DNA from: an uncultured bacterium
Lineage (GTDB): Bacteria > Acidobacteriota > Thermoanaerobaculia > Multivoradales > JAHZIX01
Assembly (NCBI GenBank): GCA_965368975.1
Contig: CBDUPA010000002.1
Location: 64,001-128,000, forward strand
Direction: 5' to 3'
Length of the DNA stretch: 64,000 bases
Positions 57,866 through 64,000 of this stretch are shown one piece after another. The notes under the pieces were generated by a model that was not told the origin of the DNA, made no database searches, and was given only the letters and a program-made list of their open reading frames with translations. Each line of letters begins with the position of its first letter. The stretch's first letter is position 1. A program made the position numbers and the translations under genes.

Positions 57866-58261
57866 CTATAGCGCTGATGCGATGTCCGTGGCTGCGAAAT
57901 CCTGGCCTTTGAACAGCAGCGATTCTTCGAGCGAAGCCGCCAAGGCATAAGAGAAGCAGTCGCCGTAGTTCAACCCGGCTGGATGCCGCCCCTTGCCGAA
58001 CTGGCTGAAGGCACGGCGCGCCAGCCTGCCCTGGGCCGCATCCACACTGACCAGCTGGATCTGTGCTCGATCCAAGAAGTCGTCCAGCTCGCGGATTCCA
58101 GCTGCACCATAGCGCGCCTCGAGCACCATGGATACTTCGACGAAGCTGGCTACAGACAACTTGCGAGAGGCGGCAGCTTCGATCACTTCGTTGAACGAGC
58201 GGCGTTCCGGCTCGTCTTGCAGAATAGCCAGCAAAGCAGAGGTGTCAATGACCACCAGCAA
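57866..58261 (-). CDS. vapC: VapC PIN-domain toxin
   Basis: VIDTSALLAIL, FGKGRHPAGLNYGDCFSYALA, LLFKGQDF. Confidence 0.93.
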   Translation of the reverse strand: MLVVIDTSALLAILQDEPERRSFNEVIEAAASRKLSVASFVEVSMVLEARYGAAGIRELDDFLDRAQIQLVSVDAAQGRLARRAFSQFGKGRHPAGLNYGDCFSYALAASLEESLLFKGQDFAATDIASAL

Positions 58262-58267
58262 TCCTGT

Positions 58268-58522
58268 TCATCCGGGCAAGCCGTTTTCGTCATAGCCCAG
58301 GATCTCCTCGGCAGACCGTGTATCCAGCACGGGTAAGGAGGAGCATCGGATCGCGATCTGGTCCAGTTCATCTGCCAGGCTCCGCTGTCTTTGCTCTCTC
58401 TGCAATCGCTCCAGGCGATCGAGTAAGGCACGGCGGACGGCTTCTGTCTTGGTTTCACCGGTCAGAACTGCCAAGGTCTCGGCGAGCTTCTCGGTTGCGG
58501 GGTTTCTGATATTGAGCGCCAT
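58268..58522 (-). CDS. vapB: VapB antitoxin (Rv0623-like)
   Basis: MALNIRNPATEKLA...TGETKTEAVRRAL...EEILGYDENGLP, immediately upstream of vapC. Confidence 0.9.
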   Translation of the reverse strand: MALNIRNPATEKLAETLAVLTGETKTEAVRRALLDRLERLQREQRQRSLADELDQIAIRCSSLPVLDTRSAEEILGYDENGLPG

Positions 58523-58800
58523 GGTTTCTCCACGTACAGATCTATTCCCCATATGTAGTTCCCAATGTAGATCGTAGCACTCACGCTCAGGCTCTTTCCA
58601 CTCCTCGCCTCGTGCCGGCGGTTTGCAAGATTTGGATATGACTAGAATCGGCCGAAACATCACAGAGTCAGGACGGCATCACCCGGCACTGCGAAAGGCG
58701 AAACTCAACTGATACGCTGTCACCGATTTCACCAACTGGCTTCATAAAGGTCGGCGCCGCACCTGCTGCAGTGCCTTGAACTCGAGACGCCTCCTGATCA

Positions 58801-61512
58801 ATGCAGCACAAGACTCAGCTCTATTCGCCGTACCGGTCCTCCGACTTGGTGTCGCGACCTCGACTGCTGTCGAAATTGAACAACCACGACCGGCAGGTCG
58901 CACTGATCTCCGCAAGTGCCGGAGCAGGCAAGACGGCACTGTTGTCGCAGTGGCTCGCAGAGCATGGTGAGAGTATCGTTGTCTGGCTATCACTTTCCCG
59001 CCGAGACAATGACCTGCGACGCTTTGTCCGCAACCTCACCGGGGCAGTGGTCGATGGAATCTCCGGCGAGGTACCTGGTGAAGCAGGGCAGGAGAACCAG
59101 CGTGGACCGCAGGTAGCAGCTCCCGACCTGCAGGTAGTCCTGACCGAACTGCAGAAGCCCGAAATGCCTGTCACGCTGGTCTTGGACGACTACCACTTCG
59201 TCGAGAACACACGGGTGCACAAGTGGATGGGGCAGTTCACCAGGCAGTTGCCGGCGAACCTGCGCCTGGTCCTGAGCAGTCGTAACGACCCACCGTTTCC
59301 CCTCGGCCGTCTACGGGCCCAGAACCAGCTGCTCGAGATCCGCGACGACGACTTGAGATGGTCCGTCGACGAAGCCGACCAATTCTTCCACCACTTCGTG
59401 GGGAAGCGCCTGACCGGCCCTGAAGTCTCGCAGTTGTGGGCCAAGACGGAAGGCTGGATCACCGGCATGCAGCTAGCCGCCCTCGCGCTGCGACATCGGG
59501 ACCGAGTGGATGAACGTATCGCCTCCTTCGGCGGTGACCATCGGCACGTTGCGGATTTTCTGACCGACGAAGTCTTGTCGACGCTCGACCCCAGCCGGCG
59601 AACGTTCCTGCTCCAGACCTCGATCGCCGATAAGCTTTGCGCCCCGTTGTGTGCAACGTTGACCGGGAAGAGCCCTGAGCGGGCCCAGCAGCTATTGGAA
59701 GATGTGCACTCCCGGAATCTCTTCTTACAACCGCTGGATCCGCAGGGAAGTTGGTACCGCTACCACCACTTGTTCGCCGAGTTCCTGCGCTCGAAGCTGC
59801 GACAGAAGATAGACGGGCCAAAGATGGCGCGCCTCCAGCTGCGAGCCGCCAGATGGTTCCAAGCCCAAGGTGATGCAGAGTCCGGCATCGAGCTGGCTCT
59901 GGCGGCCATGCAAGAAGGGCAATCGCGTGAGGGCGAGGAAGCTCTGGACTACCTGGTTCACTGGCTCGAAGCGCACGGCCAGCAGCTGTTCACGCAGGGG
60001 CGGCGCTTCGAGGTCCAAGCCTGGCTCGACCAGATACCGGAAGCGAGAAAGTGTCAGAACCCCAAACTAGCACTGCTGGCGTGCAAGGTATTGAGCACGA
60101 ACCAACGCCCCGCGGAAGCTGCCCGCTTGCTGCAAGCAGCAGAACGAGCGCTCGACGGGATGGCAGCAACAGCTAGCGCGGCAACACGGCGAGCCCTGCA
60201 GGGTGAACTCCTGGTAGCGCGGGCGTCAATGGCCTTGCGCAAGTGGCAGATGGAGGACGTCGTCCATATCGCCGGGGCGGCCTGGACAGCACTCGGCATC
60301 GACGACTTGGCCCCTCGATGTCATGCCGCCTTGATGCTCGGCGTGGCTCAGCGCTGGCTGGGCCGAGACGCCCCCGCCTGGCAACATCTGCAGCATGCGG
60401 CCCGGCTGGCTGCACGATCCGAGAATGTGTTGATCTTCATCTGTGCCCGCGCCACCCAAGCTCGGGTGCGCCTGGACCAGGCCTGCCTGGTAGAAGCAGA
60501 GGCCTTGTGCCGCGACACGCTGCGGCAGCTGGACCAGAGAGGCTGGTCGCGCCTGCCGGCTGGAGCGTTTATACACACGACGCTCGGCGAGATCCTCTGG
60601 GAACGTGGAGATCCGGGGGCACAGACCGAGTTCGAACAGGCGCTGGCGCGCTTGCAGCAGATCGAGACTCCCCCCGAAGTTCGTCGGGAAGCGCTCGAAG
60701 TCTTGCAATGCTGGCTCCAGCTCATGGAGCTGGATAACTCCAGGCTCGGTGCTTCGGGCCACATTGCAGACATGGGGAAAGGCGTCGAGGGCGGAAGTGC
60801 GATGCCCGCCGATGTGCCCCCCGATGCCCGGACGATGCCGGTACTCGACTCCCTGGCCGTGCTGCAGGCACGACTGCAATTGCGGTTGGGAGGCCGTGAC
60901 GCTGTAGAACGGTGGTTGCAGCAGGAGAGCATCGCGCCCGACGCGGCGATGCAACCAGCCGACTTTCCCCGGTACGTGTTGCTGGCGACAGTACTGCTGG
61001 CGAACCAACCGAACCAGGCGCTGAGGGTGCTGGAACGGCTGATCGCACGAGCCAAGGAGGTCGGGCGCGAACGGTTCCTCATCGAAGCCTTGGTACTGCA
61101 GGCTGGCGCTGCACGCTGCCGCGACCAGGACCAGCTGGCGTCGGCATCCTTCCGCTCGGCAGTGGAGCTCGCTGCTCCCGAGGCGATCCTGCGCCCCTTC
61201 TTGGAGCATGGAGCCGAGCTGAGAGAGTTCCTGCCCGTGACAGCAGCTAAATATCCCGACATCGCCGAGCGCCTAGCTCGCCGCTGGTCCTCGGAAGCAT
61301 CCGCAGCGACGAATCTGGTCAAGCCCTTGAGTGCACGAGAGCGAGAAGTACTGCAGGTCCTCGCCCAAGGAGCGACGAATCGTGAGATCTCCGATCATTT
61401 CAACATCTCGCTCAACACCACCAAGACCCATCTGCGGAATCTGTACAGCAAACTCCGAGTCCAGCGTCGGAGCCAGGCGATTCTTCGCGCTCGCGAAATG
61501 GACCTCTTGTGA
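58801..61512 (+). CDS. MalT-like STAND ATPase, LuxR-family regulator
   Basis: RPRL, SAGAGKT, LVLDDYH, SSRNDPP, TEGWITG, YRYHHLF; C-terminal LSAREREVL...TNREI...TTKTHLRNLYSKL. Confidence 0.93.
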   Translation: MQHKTQLYSPYRSSDLVSRPRLLSKLNNHDRQVALISASAGAGKTALLSQWLAEHGESIVVWLSLSRRDNDLRRFVRNLTGAVVDGISGEVPGEAGQENQRGPQVAAPDLQVVLTELQKPEMPVTLVLDDYHFVENTRVHKWMGQFTRQLPANLRLVLSSRNDPPFPLGRLRAQNQLLEIRDDDLRWSVDEADQFFHHFVGKRLTGPEVSQLWAKTEGWITGMQLAALALRHRDRVDERIASFGGDHRHVADFLTDEVLSTLDPSRRTFLLQTSIADKLCAPLCATLTGKSPERAQQLLEDVHSRNLFLQPLDPQGSWYRYHHLFAEFLRSKLRQKIDGPKMARLQLRAARWFQAQGDAESGIELALAAMQEGQSREGEEALDYLVHWLEAHGQQLFTQGRRFEVQAWLDQIPEARKCQNPKLALLACKVLSTNQRPAEAARLLQAAERALDGMAATASAATRRALQGELLVARASMALRKWQMEDVVHIAGAAWTALGIDDLAPRCHAALMLGVAQRWLGRDAPAWQHLQHAARLAARSENVLIFICARATQARVRLDQACLVEAEALCRDTLRQLDQRGWSRLPAGAFIHTTLGEILWERGDPGAQTEFEQALARLQQIETPPEVRREALEVLQCWLQLMELDNSRLGASGHIADMGKGVEGGSAMPADVPPDARTMPVLDSLAVLQARLQLRLGGRDAVERWLQQESIAPDAAMQPADFPRYVLLATVLLANQPNQALRVLERLIARAKEVGRERFLIEALVLQAGAARCRDQDQLASASFRSAVELAAPEAILRPFLEHGAELREFLPVTAAKYPDIAERLARRWSSEASAATNLVKPLSAREREVLQVLAQGATNREISDHFNISLNTTKTHLRNLYSKLRVQRRSQAILRAREMDLL

Positions 61513-62804
61513 GCGAACCCCGATCTCATCCCGCCACGATCGGCCTGATGGCAGCCATCTTGGGGCTGCTGTTCTGTGACCATAGCCTCCTGTCTCCCAA
61601 CCTGACGGCCGCCGCAAGCGACCTCGGCTTGGACACCAGAGAGCGCGATCTTTTCCTGGGCGGAATCTTGACTTTCGTCGTCACCGGTACGGCGATGGTG
61701 TCGGCCTTGGTCTTCGGAACGCTTGCGGATCGATGGTCCCGGGTCGGATCTTTCGTACTCGCCGTCACCTTGGCCGAACTTGCCTGCCTCGGCATCCTGT
61801 GGGCTCGAGATTGGCCTCACGTCCTGGTGCTGCGCATGTGTACCGGAATAGGTCTGGGTGGTGCGCTGCCCGCAGCCTTCGCCATGGTCGCCGACCTTTC
61901 GTCACCACGCCGCAGAGCTTCTTCCGTAGCCCTGCTCTGGACAGCTCTCGGCGCCGGTATCATCGTGGGAGTCGTGGTCGCCGGACAGCTGGGTCCGGAC
62001 TTCGGTTGGCGCGTACCCTTTGCCGTGGTGGCGTTGCCGAATCTATTACTGGTAGGGCTCTTCGGCTGGCTCTTCCGCGACTGGGAGAGCAGATCGAGAG
62101 CGATCCCGGATTCTCTTGCCGACGCCAAGATCTCAACTCGCTTCCGGACGATCTTCGCCCAACCGGTCAACCGCTGGCTCTATCTGGAAGAGGTGTTCGA
62201 AGTCGTGCCGTTCGCGGTTCTGAGCACCTTCTTGCCGGACTTCTTGGCTCAGGATCGTGGCTTCTCCGTCGCGCAGGGCAGCAGCGTCCTAGCCGCCTTT
62301 GGTGCAGCTGCCATCCTCGGCAAGCTGGCGGGCGGCTGGCTCGGTGACAGGCTGTGCCCACACGGCCTGTGGACCTTGGCAAAGGTTGCCAGCCTGGCGC
62401 TGGCCACGGCGATCGTGCCGGCGCTGGGTATCCTCGCCTTGCCAGGGCTCACGGACGGTGGCAGCTTCGCTCTCGTCGTGAGCTTGGCTGGCCTGGTCGG
62501 ATTGCTGGCCCCCTTGCCGAAACCCCTCATGACGACTCTTCTCCTCGAGGTCAACCCAGCCTCGGTGCATGGCAGTGCCCTGGCTGGTCATCGACTGGCG
62601 GCCCATGTCGGCCAAGCCTCCGGCCCGCTGCTCGCCGGCCTGCTCATGCTGCTGTCGAGTCGCAGCCAGGCCCTGGGCATTCTGCTTTCGGCCTGGCTGG
62701 TCGCAGCAGTGCTCTGCTGGCCCGTGGCTCGAGCCTTGCACAACTCGCGCATGGTGAGCGACACGACTCCCGAAGCATCCTCGGGAAATCACCCTTTCGG
62801 GTGA
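61509..62804 (+). CDS. MFS transporter
   Basis: GTLADRWSR motif A; RMCTGIGLGG; FGWRVPF; GGWLGDR; about 12 hydrophobic segments. Confidence 0.88.
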   Translation: MSEPRSHPATIGLMAAILGLLFCDHSLLSPNLTAAASDLGLDTRERDLFLGGILTFVVTGTAMVSALVFGTLADRWSRVGSFVLAVTLAELACLGILWARDWPHVLVLRMCTGIGLGGALPAAFAMVADLSSPRRRASSVALLWTALGAGIIVGVVVAGQLGPDFGWRVPFAVVALPNLLLVGLFGWLFRDWESRSRAIPDSLADAKISTRFRTIFAQPVNRWLYLEEVFEVVPFAVLSTFLPDFLAQDRGFSVAQGSSVLAAFGAAAILGKLAGGWLGDRLCPHGLWTLAKVASLALATAIVPALGILALPGLTDGGSFALVVSLAGLVGLLAPLPKPLMTTLLLEVNPASVHGSALAGHRLAAHVGQASGPLLAGLLMLLSSRSQALGILLSAWLVAAVLCWPVARALHNSRMVSDTTPEASSGNHPFG

Positions 62805-62887
62805 TGGCACAGGGCCCCGTGGCGTCATAGCCTGAGTGTAGTCACACTCAAGCTGAAGCCCGCCCGACCTCGGGCGAACGCTCCTAG

Positions 62888-64000
<1,113 letters not shown>

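Overview
High-GC bacterial chromosomal window, most consistent with Acidobacteriota (probably Thermoanaerobaculia-like). That call is an inference from an ADOP-type orphan permease, a TIGR02999-type ECF/kinase pair and a C-terminal 'D-x-FE-x-GD-x-x-x-W' motif. About 55 CDS are supportable; no rRNA, tRNA, CRISPR array or intact transposase was seen. Left to right: (1) a giant secreted multi-beta-sandwich protein coupled to a probable alpha-2-macroglobulin-family gene, divergent from an ECF/anti-sigma/Spy-like operon; (2) a sigma54 signalling cassette (membrane Ser/Thr kinase-TPR plus FHA-like enhancer-binding protein with two HTHs) facing a small DP-EP-like gene that has a clear -24/-12 promoter and a palindromic enhancer; (3) a sugar-phosphate-utilisation-type bacterial microcompartment locus (RpiB, DeoC and aldehyde dehydrogenase, each with an encapsulation-peptide-like N-terminus; 1 BMC-H, 2 BMC-T, 3 BMC-P) split by an SGNH hydrolase and a regulator; (4) housekeeping and envelope genes (acyl-CoA dehydrogenase, mce, duplicated DUF2911, orphan AddB-like nuclease, bcp, topA, TonB receptor, SPFH/Arc, TPR proteins, ggt); (5) an orphan ~160-nt structured RNA candidate resembling an IS110 non-coding end; (6) a second kinase cassette (ECF43-like sigma plus kinase-TPR) upstream of another DP-motif small protein; (7) vapBC and a MalT-like regulator-MFS-DUF3313-sulfatase operon running off the edge. 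Family assignments come from motif recognition only; no database searches were run.
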